Part shown: positions 1 through 7,317 of the stretch, piece by piece
Layout: the number at the start of each line of letters is the position of its first letter
How positions within the stretch are numbered: the stretch's first letter is position 1
NCBI GenBank assembly: GCA_035290025.1
Contig: DATDVL010000017.1
Span: 1-51,310, forward strand
Direction: 5' to 3'
Source: Candidatus Nanoarchaeia archaeon
GTDB taxonomy: Archaea > Nanobdellota > Nanobdellia > SCGC-AAA011-G17 > DATDVL01
Length of the DNA stretch: 51,310 bases
Made by a program: the position numbers and the translations under genes
The notes under the pieces: model-generated
Databases searched by the model: none
The model's input: the letters and a program-made list of their open reading frames with translations, nothing else
What the model was told of the DNA's origin: nothing

Positions 1-1
1 T

Positions 2-499
2 GTTGTTGGTGGTTCTGATTCTGCCGCTAAGGAAGCGTTGTTATTGTCTGAGCATGCGAAAAAGGTTTATATCTTGGCTCGTTCGTCGTTGCATCCTGAG
101 CCTATTAATATGTTGCGTGTTCAGGAATTGGTGAAGCAAGGTAAGGTTGAAGTTATTGAGAATGTGCAAGTAGAGAAGATTAGTGGCAAGCAAATGTTGT
201 CTTCGGTGACGTTGTCGAAATTGTTCAAGGGTTCTAAAGAATTAGCTGTTGAGGGTTTGTTCATTGAAGTCGGCCACATTGTTGAGAATGAGCTTGCTGT
301 TAAGGTGGGTGTGAAAGTTGATGAGAAGGGTGAGATTGTTATTGATAAGTATTCTCGTACGAATGTCCCTGGCTTTTTTGCTGCGGGTGATGTTACAGAT
401 CGTTCTTTTAAGCAGGCAATTACGGGTGTTGCTGAAGCATGCGTCGCTGCTGATCAGGCCTATAATTTTATTGCTGCGTTGAAGGCTGCGAAGAAATAG
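2..499 (+). CDS. trxB: thioredoxin-disulfide reductase, C-terminal part (5' end lies outside the window)
   Basis: The frame is open from nt 2. [13 protein letters not shown] is a dinucleotide-binding motif and [10 protein letters not shown] is the C-terminal FAD motif. TAG stop at 497-499. Confidence 0.8.
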   Translation, partial: VVGGSDSAAKEALLLSEHAKKVYILARSSLHPEPINMLRVQELVKQGKVEVIENVQVEKISGKQMLSSVTLSKLFKGSKELAVEGLFIEVGHIVENELAVKVGVKVDEKGEIVIDKYSRTNVPGFFAAGDVTDRSFKQAITGVAEACVAADQAYNFIAALKAAKK

Positions 500-970
500 T
501 TATTCGGAAACTAAGAAGTAGCGATTGCCTTGTTTTGACCATCCGACCATTCTTTCATCGCGAATGTATAATTCTTTTTCTCCGTCAAAAACGAATTGAT
601 GGGATGGTTCATGTCTAGTAAGCAATGATATACTGTCGTTATCCATCCATAAAGTTATTTGTAAGTATGAGGGGTTAATTACCATGCCTCGTATAGTTTT
701 TTCTGGGTTGTCGCTACTATCTAATTGCCAGTTACCATCATAATTTATGTCTGTAAATGAGACAACACGTTTTCCCACTAAGAACAATTGTTGTACTCCA
801 CGCGCAAATTCTTCAAATGTACTTTCTGTTAATTTCTGTAAAGTTAATTGTCTCATGCGTGCTCGCAGCGCTGTTGGTTCTGGTAAGATAATGGGTGGCT
901 TGAGGGATAGTGGAATCATGATAACAATGCTTGAATTTTTGTTTAAAAGGGTTATGGCCTTAAGTTCCAT
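500..970 (-). CDS. hypothetical protein (156 aa)
   Basis: ATG at 970 and TAA stop. Amino-acid composition is normal. A TATA-like octamer lies about 22 nt upstream. No family recognised. Confidence 0.5.
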   Translation of the reverse strand: MELKAITLLNKNSSIVIMIPLSLKPPIILPEPTALRARMRQLTLQKLTESTFEEFARGVQQLFLVGKRVVSFTDINYDGNWQLDSSDNPEKTIRGMVINPSYLQITLWMDNDSISLLTRHEPSHQFVFDGEKELYIRDERMVGWSKQGNRYFLVSE

Positions 971-988
971 TCTCTCTCGTTGATAATC

Positions 989-996
989 TTTATATA
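989..996. promoter_or_regulatory. TATA-like box (tttatata) shared by divergent genes 500-970 and 1048-2148
   Basis: A/T octamer in the 77-nt divergent intergenic region. It lies about 22 nt from the minus-strand ATG. The plus-strand gene has an aaggagg Shine-Dalgarno (SD) site at 1033-1039. Confidence 0.4.
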
Positions 997-1047
997 CTTG
1001 TCCTCGTGGAAATTCTGATATTACATTAAGTAAAGGAGGAGATAGTC

Positions 1048-2148
1048 ATGGATGGTTTTGATGGTTTTGGTCCTGAAAAGGTTGTTGAAGTTTATAATCC
1101 TAAGTTGAATATGCATGGTGTGTGTGTTATTGACAATACCGCGTTAGGTCCGTCAAAGGGTGGTATTCGTATGACTCCTTCTGTTTCTATTGATGAAGTG
1201 AAAAGATTAGCTCGTGCCATGACCTGGAAGAATGCTTTGGCTGATTTGCCGTTTGGTGGTGGTAAGTCAGGTATTGTCGCTGATCCTCGTATGATGACAC
1301 CTAAGCAGAAGGATGGTTTGATTCGTGCGTTTGCTGATGCTATTAAGGTTGTTTGTCCTTCTGAGTATGTTGCTTGTCCTGATATGAATACTGCTGAGCA
1401 TGAGATGGGTGTTTTTGCTTCGGTGCTGGGTAAGAAGTCCGTTACGGGTAAGCCTGCCAAAATGGGTGGTTTGCCGCATGAGTTGGGTTCTACGGGTTTT
1501 GGTGTGTATCATGCTGCTTTGGTTGCTTTGCAGCATTTGGGTAAGGATCCTTCGAAGGTTTCTTTTGCTGTTGAGGGTTTCGGTAATGTTGGCTGGTTTG
1601 TTGCTAAGTTTTTGTCTGAGGCGGGTGCTAAACTGGTTGCTGTTTCTGATTCTAAGGGTGTGATCTATAATGAGAAGGGTATTGATTTTAAGAAGTTGGA
1701 TGTGGTGAAGAAGAAGGAAGGTTCTGTTACGAAGTATCCTGGTAAGGTTTTGCCGAGTCATGAGTTGTTAAGTGTGAAGGCTGATATGTTGGTGACTGCT
1801 GCTATTCCTGATTTGTTTGGTATTGGTGATGTTCATCGTATGAAGTTTTCTTCTATTGTTCAGGGTTCTAATATCCCTACGACTCCTGATGTTGAGGATG
1901 TGTTGTATCGTAAGGGTGTTTTGGTGGTTCCTGATGTTGTTGCTAATGCGGGTGGTGTTATTTCTTCATGGGTTGAGTATATCGGTAAGGATCAAAAGTT
2001 TATGTTTAAGTCTGTTCAAGAAAAGGTAAGTAAGAATACGCATGTGGTGTTGTCGCAGTCGGAGAAGAAGGGTATCAAGCCTCGTGATGCTGCTTTGGCT
2101 ATTGCTCAAGAGCGTGTGTTGAAGAAGTGTAAGACGTGTAGGGTTTGA
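1048..2148 (+). CDS. Glu/Leu/Phe/Val amino-acid dehydrogenase (short, ~366 aa form)
   Basis: LGPSKGGIRM and the catalytic-Lys motif PFGGGKSGI are present, as is the Rossmann motif VEGFGNVG. SD aaggagg lies upstream. TGA stop. Confidence 0.85.
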   Translation: MDGFDGFGPEKVVEVYNPKLNMHGVCVIDNTALGPSKGGIRMTPSVSIDEVKRLARAMTWKNALADLPFGGGKSGIVADPRMMTPKQKDGLIRAFADAIKVVCPSEYVACPDMNTAEHEMGVFASVLGKKSVTGKPAKMGGLPHELGSTGFGVYHAALVALQHLGKDPSKVSFAVEGFGNVGWFVAKFLSEAGAKLVAVSDSKGVIYNEKGIDFKKLDVVKKKEGSVTKYPGKVLPSHELLSVKADMLVTAAIPDLFGIGDVHRMKFSSIVQGSNIPTTPDVEDVLYRKGVLVVPDVVANAGGVISSWVEYIGKDQKFMFKSVQEKVSKNTHVVLSQSEKKGIKPRDAALAIAQERVLKKCKTCRV

Positions 2149-2170
2149 TATGGTTTGTTGTTGCAGAACC

Positions 2171-2180
2171 TTTTTATAAT
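2171..2180 (+). promoter_or_regulatory. TATA-like box for the 2201 gene
   Basis: tttttataat is centred about 26 nt upstream of the ATG at 2201, the spacing expected for a leaderless transcript. Confidence 0.45.
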
Positions 2181-2200
2181 TGTAGTGCTTCTCGTTCTGT

Positions 2201-2530
2201 ATGATTATTCGTTATGTTGGTTTTGATAAGTTGTCCTTGCCGGAGAAGAGTGATGTTATGACTTTGGCGGAGAAGTATGGTCAGAAGTTGGAGCGTTTCT
2301 TTCCACAGCCTGATGCTGAGTTGATGGTGCAGGTGAAGTTGTATGATGAGGCGGGTGCTCGTATTAAGTATTCTGTGCATACTGCTGTGGGTATTGTTCG
2401 TAGTGCTCGTGGTGATGCTGTTGCTTGGGATTTGCGTAAGGCTGTTCGTGCTGCGTTGATGAAGTTAATGCCTGAGTTGGAGAAGAAGGCAAGTAGACGA
2501 AAGGCTATTCCTCCTAAGCGTCGTTCGTAG
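2201..2530 (+). CDS. small basic protein, possibly HPF/RaiA (S30AE)-like ribosome-associated factor
   Basis: 109 aa. By eye it aligns with E. coli HPF: a beta-alpha-beta-beta-beta-alpha pattern, WDLRKAVRAALMKLMPELEKK versus DMYAAIDGLIDKLARQLTKHK, and a basic tail. The functional call is tentative. Confidence 0.45.
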   Translation: MIIRYVGFDKLSLPEKSDVMTLAEKYGQKLERFFPQPDAELMVQVKLYDEAGARIKYSVHTAVGIVRSARGDAVAWDLRKAVRAALMKLMPELEKKASRRKAIPPKRRS

Positions 2531-2547
2531 TTGTTGTGTTCTCGATA

Positions 2548-2558
2548 GGATTAAAAAC
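2548..2558 (+). promoter_or_regulatory. TATA-like box for pth2
   Basis: ggattaaaaac is centred about 27 nt upstream of the ATG at 2580. Confidence 0.45.
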
Positions 2559-2579
2559 TTGGTATAGTGGTAATATCTT

Positions 2580-2921
2580 ATGTTTAAGCAGGTTGTTTTG
2601 GTTCGTATGGATTTAAAATTGTCTCCAGGTAAGTTGGCTGCGCAGTGTGGTCATGGTTTTGTTGAGGCATTTGTGAAGGCTGATGATAAGGTTAAAAAGA
2701 AATGGCTGTCTGAGGGTGCTAAGAAGGTTGTTTTGAAGGTTCCTGATGAGCGTTCGTTGAAGATGTTTTTTTCTGAGGCGCAGGTGCAGGGTTTGCCGTG
2801 CTCGTTGATTTGTGATGCGGGTCATACAGAGTTGCCGCCGAATACGTTTACGGTAGTTGGTTTGGGTCCTGCTGAGGAAGAGCGTTTGGATAAATTGACA
2901 GGTCAATTAAAAATGTTGTAA
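2580..2921 (+). CDS. pth2: peptidyl-tRNA hydrolase, archaeal type
   Basis: 113 aa. VVRMDLKLSPGKLAAQCGH...DAGHTELPPNTFTVVGLGP is the typical Pth2 core. Confidence 0.9.
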   Translation: MFKQVVLVRMDLKLSPGKLAAQCGHGFVEAFVKADDKVKKKWLSEGAKKVVLKVPDERSLKMFFSEAQVQGLPCSLICDAGHTELPPNTFTVVGLGPAEEERLDKLTGQLKML

Positions 2922-2946
2922 TTATTTGGTGGTGACGAACGTAACG

Positions 2947-2954
2947 TTTATATA
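2947..2954 (+). promoter_or_regulatory. TATA box for the 2976 gene
   Basis: tttatata ends 22 nt before the ATG at 2976. Confidence 0.45.
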
Positions 2955-2975
2955 GGCTAGAAATCTTTTGGTAGT

Positions 2976-3443
2976 ATGCGTCAAATCTCCAGTCTGCACG
3001 TTTCTAGAAATATTGTTTTTCCTTTTTTTAGGAATATCCCTCCTTTTGTTGCGTGGATTGCTAAGGATTCTTCACGTAATGGTGGTCGTAATGGCCATTA
3101 TAAGGTTCTTGCTGATTATGCAAGTGCAGGTGTTTCTGCTGTTGATCAGACGTTTAGTACGTGTTATGTGTATGGTACTGTAGCTGATGATAATGCTTTT
3201 GCTATGCGTGCTGCCTTGCGTGTTGATGGCGTTCGTATTGATCATGGTGATACTGAAGGTATTCGTAGTGTTTTGAGTGCTGGTTTGACAGCGCTTATTC
3301 ATGAGTTTGATCGTTTTCCGCAAATGGTTGTGAGAAAGGATGAGTTGTCGTTAGTTGTGGAGAATCGTTTGAGTCAGATTGCTGGTCGTCCCCGTGATGC
3401 GCGAGTAGTAGACAAGCGGGTGTATTGGCGTTCTTTGTCCTAG
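2976..3443 (+). CDS. hypothetical protein (155 aa)
   Basis: ATG at correct TATA spacing. No strong competing ORF. No family recognised. Confidence 0.5.
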   Translation: MRQISSLHVSRNIVFPFFRNIPPFVAWIAKDSSRNGGRNGHYKVLADYASAGVSAVDQTFSTCYVYGTVADDNAFAMRAALRVDGVRIDHGDTEGIRSVLSAGLTALIHEFDRFPQMVVRKDELSLVVENRLSQIAGRPRDARVVDKRVYWRSLS

Positions 3444-3446
3444 AGC

Positions 3447-3462
3447 GTAAAGCTTTTAAATC
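3447..3462 (+). promoter_or_regulatory. BRE/TATA element (gtaaag cttttaaatc) of the 5S rRNA gene
   Basis: A purine-rich BRE-like hexamer is followed by a TATA box centred about 27 nt upstream of the predicted 5S 5' end at 3484. Confidence 0.5.
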
Positions 3463-3483
3463 GTCTTTTTCTTGGTTTTCTTT

Positions 3484-3599
3484 GGAACGGTCATAGCTGC
3501 CTGGTCCTACTGGATCTCGTTTCGATCTCCAAAGTCAAGCAGGCATACGTTCTTCGTTGTACTGTCCTCTGTGACGGGAAGCGGAGATAGCTGTTCCAC
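3484..3599 (+). rRNA. 5S: 5S ribosomal RNA (not linked to 16S/23S in this window)
   Basis: The termini pair (GGAACGG with CTGTTCC). Conserved blocks are present: GGTCATAGC, CTCGTTTCGATCTCCAAAGTCAAGC (compare CUCAUUUCGAACCCGGAAGUUAAGC), GTTGTACTG and GGGAAGC. It is followed by T9. Confidence 0.85.
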
Positions 3600-3600
3600 C

Positions 3601-3652
3601 TTTTTTTTTATTAAAAATTAATAACCCCTCAAGGTTAAAAATGTTTGAGGGT
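3601..3652. terminator. oligo-T terminator of 5S plus a 7-bp hairpin between convergent 5S and the Lrp gene
   Basis: T9 at 3601-3609. ccctcaa (3626-3632) pairs with ttgaggg (3645-3651). Confidence 0.4.
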
Positions 3653-4099
3653 TTGTTCATCATCGGTGAGGAACGCTTCTTCTTTGATGTTTTCTATGAT
3701 GTAGAACACTTTTTTGTCGGTTATCACCACGTTGTGTTCTAGTTCTTCTAGGAAGTGTTCTACTGCGGGTAAGTCTTTCAGTATGGCTTCAATGATGTAT
3801 TGGTAGCCATTGTTGATGCGGAAGGCGTTGTTTATTGATGGGTGTTTGCTGAAGTAGTCTTTGGCGTTTTCTCGGTGTTCTGCTGATATTTTGAGTAATG
3901 CTTGTATGCGTGCTTGGTAGCCGAGTTGTTCGTAGTTGATCAGCGTCGTGTTTTTTCGTATCAGATTGTTCAGGTTGTTTTGTATTCTGTCGAAAATAGT
4001 TGATACGGGTATGCCTGTTTTTCTGCTTATTTTGGTGAGTGCTTGTCTGCTGTTGCTGCGTAAGTGGTGCAGGATGAGGAGGTCTTTGTTAGTAGTCAT
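3635..4099 (-). CDS. Lrp/AsnC family transcriptional regulator
   Basis: An N-terminal HTH (LLILHHLRSNSRQALTKISRKTGIPVSTIFDRI) is followed by a C-terminal RAM/AsnC_trans_reg-like domain. Confidence 0.85.
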   Translation of the reverse strand: MTTNKDLLILHHLRSNSRQALTKISRKTGIPVSTIFDRIQNNLNNLIRKNTTLINYEQLGYQARIQALLKISAEHRENAKDYFSKHPSINNAFRINNGYQYIIEAILKDLPAVEHFLEELEHNVVITDKKVFYIIENIKEEAFLTDDEQTLKHF

Positions 4100-4358
4100 G
4101 GTTTCCTTCTCCGTTGTGTAGTAAGCGGTAGCCTACGATTCCTGTTGCGAGTGTTGCTGCTATGCCTGCGATGGTTATGCCGTAGCCGAAGGTTTTTGCC
4201 GTGCTTATGGCGAGGTTGCTAATGCTATCTGTTTCTGTGTAATGCATGGCTGTTAGTCGTTCTAGCGTTCTTCCTGCGCCTATGGCTACTAGTCCTACTT
4301 GTCCTAGAAATGCTCCTGCTGCTGTTGCAGTCAGTACTGTTTTGAGTGTGGTGTTCAT
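4089..4358 (-). CDS. small Gly/Ala-rich membrane protein (89 aa, 2 TM)
   Basis: Strong SD (ggaggtga) upstream of the ATG at 4358. Two hydrophobic segments. Overlaps the Lrp gene start by 11 nt, consistent with an operon. Confidence 0.55.
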   Translation of the reverse strand: MNTTLKTVLTATAAGAFLGQVGLVAIGAGRTLERLTAMHYTETDSISNLAISTAKTFGYGITIAGIAATLATGIVGYRLLHNGEGNHDY

Positions 4359-4426
4359 GCCAACTCACCTCCTTTGTTGTTACTAGGAATATTTCCGGGA
4401 AGATATTAGTATTTTTTCACTATATT

Positions 4427-4453
4427 ATTATAATGCATTAGAATATTATAATG
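4427..4453. repeat. two copies of attataatg (4427-4435, 4445-4453) flanking the perfect 10-bp palindrome taatgcatta (4431-4440)
   Basis: Read directly in the divergent intergenic region upstream of the membrane-protein/Lrp operon. Confidence 0.6.
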
Positions 4454-4467
4454 TCTAGTGTAGAAAG

Positions 4468-4479
4468 GTTTTTAATAAA
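4468..4479 (+). promoter_or_regulatory. TATA-like box for the 4500 gene
   Basis: gtttttaataaa is centred about 26 nt upstream of the ATG at 4500. Confidence 0.4.
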
Positions 4480-4499
4480 AACATCACTGTTTTACAAAC

Positions 4500-4943
4500 A
4501 TGATATATAATATAACTCATGAAAATTATGGCATGTTGTGTTCTACTGCTGCTGTTGAGTTAGACTTGTTTCGTCGTGAATTCTTGCCTCCTCGTGAGCG
4601 CACAGATAATGATTTACCCATGGATATTGTCTGCGCTTTTTCTCATGTACGTGAGTTGCATCGTCGTTTGGTTGCTCGTCCTTTGGTTACTGTTGATGAT
4701 TTCTTGGCTGTTCCTTTGTATCGTGCGTTCTGGGAGATAGTACGTTATGGCCCTCAGTATAGTAATACTCAGTCTATTGAGCAGTTGGGTTTGCAGACGC
4801 AATTATTTACAAATGATCTTGGTGCTGTAGTTGATGATGAGGTGACGCATCCTCGTGTGGAAGGAATGCGTGATGTACTTATAGACTTGTCTCGTCATCT
4901 TGATGTGTATGATAATGTTTTGTGCCGTGGCTTGGTAGCATGA
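4500..4943 (+). CDS. hypothetical protein (147 aa)
   Basis: ATG at TATA spacing. No family recognised. Confidence 0.45.
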   Translation: MIYNITHENYGMLCSTAAVELDLFRREFLPPRERTDNDLPMDIVCAFSHVRELHRRLVARPLVTVDDFLAVPLYRAFWEIVRYGPQYSNTQSIEQLGLQTQLFTNDLGAVVDDEVTHPRVEGMRDVLIDLSRHLDVYDNVLCRGLVA

Positions 4944-5239
4944 ATTCTTTTGCTGATAAGGTTTACGAGCTATGTAAGAACGTTCCTAGGGGTAAAGTAT
5001 CGACCTATAAGGAGATTGCTCGTGCCCTTAAGTGTAAGGGTTTTCAGGCTGTTGGTCAGGCGTTAAATAAAAACCCGTATGCTCCTGTTGTTCCTTGTCA
5101 TAGAATTGTAAATAGTCGTGGCGAACTTCATGGTTTTGCTTTTGGTTTAAAAAAGAAGAAGGAGTTGTTAGAGTCTGAGGGTGTTGTGGTTGTTAATAAT
5201 AAAGTCGATCTAGAAAAATTTGGTTTTTATTTTCCTTGA
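4940..5239 (+). CDS. ogt: methylated-DNA--protein-cysteine methyltransferase (active-site domain only)
   Basis: The PCHRIV active-site motif and GKVSTYKEIA HTH are present. I take the ATG at 4940 (MNSFADKVY) rather than the GTG at 4922. Confidence 0.8.
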   Translation: MNSFADKVYELCKNVPRGKVSTYKEIARALKCKGFQAVGQALNKNPYAPVVPCHRIVNSRGELHGFAFGLKKKKELLESEGVVVVNNKVDLEKFGFYFP

Positions 5240-6885
5240 GTGATTAGGTGATAGAGCATGTCTAGGTTGAGTTCTAGTGCTGCTGTGGGCATGGTAATGT
5301 TAAAATTGTGTAGTATTTCTGGGTGGAGTTCTCCGATGATGCCGAACATTTTTCCTTGGTGGTTGAGTGTTGCTTTTCTTCCTTTGATGAATACTTCGGA
5401 TGGTTGTTGTGGTTCTTCGTAGGTTATGGTCATGCCTAATTGTTGTGTTAGGTAATCGCTGAGTTGTTTTATTTTGGTGTAGTCTGCTCCTTCTCCGCAG
5501 AGTGTTATGGCTAAGTGTTCTGTTTCTTGTATGCCTGTTTCTGTGTTTCCAGGGTTGAAGATGGTTCCCATTTCGTAGAGGTTTTGGGGGTAGGTGTGGT
5601 GGGTGTTTTTTCCGAGGACTTCCAGTAAGTTTGCTAGGATGTTGTTTCTTAGGACGTTGTAGTCTTCGCTTTTGGTGTCTTCTAGGGGTATAGGTTGCTG
5701 GTTGCTGTTGATTTTGGTTGTTTGTGTTGCTTGGTTGCTGAGGTGGTAGGTGCTTGTTTCAAGGAGTTCTAGTCCTATGAGAAGTTCTGTTATTTTTTCT
5801 TTGAAGATGGTTTGTGGTGCTTCTTGTGCTGTTGTCGCAATGTTGGGTATGATAGTAGGGAAGTTTTCATAACCGTAGGCAATGGCGATGTCTTCAATGA
5901 TGTCTTGTTCGTGGATAATATCTGTTCTATAAGCAGGTACGTGTGCTTTGTGGTTGTTGTAGCCGTAGCCCATTTTTTCTAGTAGTTTTTTCATGTCTGT
6001 TTCTTTGAGGTGTAATCCTAAGAGTTTGTTGACACTAGTGATATTGATGTTCATGGTTGTTGGTGTGAGTTGTGGTGTGGTGAATGTTTTTCCAGGATAG
6101 TTCATGGTTACGTTGTAGAGTGTTCCTCCCATGTCTGCTAGTGTAGTGGTTAAGATGTTGAGTGCTTGTTGTACATTGTTCATGTCTGTTCCTGTGCATT
6201 CTATGAAAACGTCTTTTGTTGTGGTTGTTATTTTTCCTGTGTCTTCTGAGTTGGTGTAGGGGAGCATGGAGAGGACATTGTTTTTTGTATCAATGTAGAA
6301 TGGGTAGAGTTTCCAGTCCTTGGCGATGTGGCAGTATTGTTTTCCTGTTTTGTGTTGTTGTTCTACTTGGTCTGCTCGTATTGGTTTGTTCATGCCTAAG
6401 GGTTGGAAGGTAATAGTTTTCGGGTCTTTGGCGATGTAGCATATGGGGAAGTGTATATGTTCTAAGGGGTAGAGTCCGTAGCATGATTTTTTTCTGTTTC
6501 TTCCGTGTGTTAAGGCTAGTTTTTCTTGAAGTTGCATGATGTCTCGTATGCGTTCGTCCGTGAAGTGTATTCCTTTGACGACTGCGCAGACGCTGTAGGG
6601 TCGCATGGTAACGTTTTTGTCGACGATGACCTGGTAATTGCTTTTTTTTATTGTATAATTGCTGAGTCCTTTTTTTGTTCCAAGGAATGTTTTGAGCGCT
6701 CGTGCGAATCCTTGTTCGCTTAAGAGGTCTGGTCTGTTAGGGAATACTTCTACTTCTATTTCATTTTTAGTAATGCTTTCGACGTCGGTTCCGAGCATGG
6801 CCATGCGGTCTGCTAGTTGCTCGTCGCTAAGTTTTTTCCCTATATTTTTGAGGAGTGCTTGTTTGTTGAAGGTTATTTTTGGCAT
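5227..6885 (-). CDS. pheT: phenylalanine--tRNA ligase beta subunit (archaeal type)
   Basis: 552 aa with the archaeal B3/4-B5-catalytic-like architecture. It sits in an operon with pheS. Confidence 0.9.
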   Translation of the reverse strand: MPKITFNKQALLKNIGKKLSDEQLADRMAMLGTDVESITKNEIEVEVFPNRPDLLSEQGFARALKTFLGTKKGLSNYTIKKSNYQVIVDKNVTMRPYSVCAVVKGIHFTDERIRDIMQLQEKLALTHGRNRKKSCYGLYPLEHIHFPICYIAKDPKTITFQPLGMNKPIRADQVEQQHKTGKQYCHIAKDWKLYPFYIDTKNNVLSMLPYTNSEDTGKITTTTKDVFIECTGTDMNNVQQALNILTTTLADMGGTLYNVTMNYPGKTFTTPQLTPTTMNINITSVNKLLGLHLKETDMKKLLEKMGYGYNNHKAHVPAYRTDIIHEQDIIEDIAIAYGYENFPTIIPNIATTAQEAPQTIFKEKITELLIGLELLETSTYHLSNQATQTTKINSNQQPIPLEDTKSEDYNVLRNNILANLLEVLGKNTHHTYPQNLYEMGTIFNPGNTETGIQETEHLAITLCGEGADYTKIKQLSDYLTQQLGMTITYEEPQQPSEVFIKGRKATLNHQGKMFGIIGELHPEILHNFNITMPTAALELNLDMLYHLITQGK

Positions 6886-6888
6886 GGT

Positions 6889-7317
6889 TTAGAGGCTCTT
6901 CTTCATGAGTACAATTTCTTCTGGTTTATAGTTTCTTTTTTTGTAAATTTGGAATGCTAATGATTGTGGGTGGCTTGCTAGTCCTATAGCTTTTGCTTTC
7001 TTTTTTTTGAAATAGTTCTCTGTGAAGTTAAGTAATTGTCTTCCGTATCCTTGTCCTTGTGATAATTTCTCAATCACTAGTTCTTCTATGAATCCTTCTT
7101 TGCCATGGTCCCAAGTGCGTAGGTTAAGTATGAGAAATCCTTTGACGGTGTTGTTAATAGCAAGTACAAATGTTGTGCAGTTTTTGAAATCTTTTGTTAA
7201 GTGTTCATGTACTGTTTTTTCTGACCAATGTTCATTGTAAGGTTGTTTGGCGTATTCTGTACAGTAAATAGCTGTTATTTTCTTTAGGTCTTTTTTAGTA
7301 GCTTTTCTTATGTTCAT
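6889..7317 (-). CDS. GNAT family N-acetyltransferase
   Basis: The acetyl-CoA motif QGQGYGRQLL is present. 142 aa. Its start overlaps the pheS stop by 4 nt (ATGA). Confidence 0.8.
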   Translation of the reverse strand: MNIRKATKKDLKKITAIYCTEYAKQPYNEHWSEKTVHEHLTKDFKNCTTFVLAINNTVKGFLILNLRTWDHGKEGFIEELVIEKLSQGQGYGRQLLNFTENYFKKKKAKAIGLASHPQSLAFQIYKKRNYKPEEIVLMKKSL

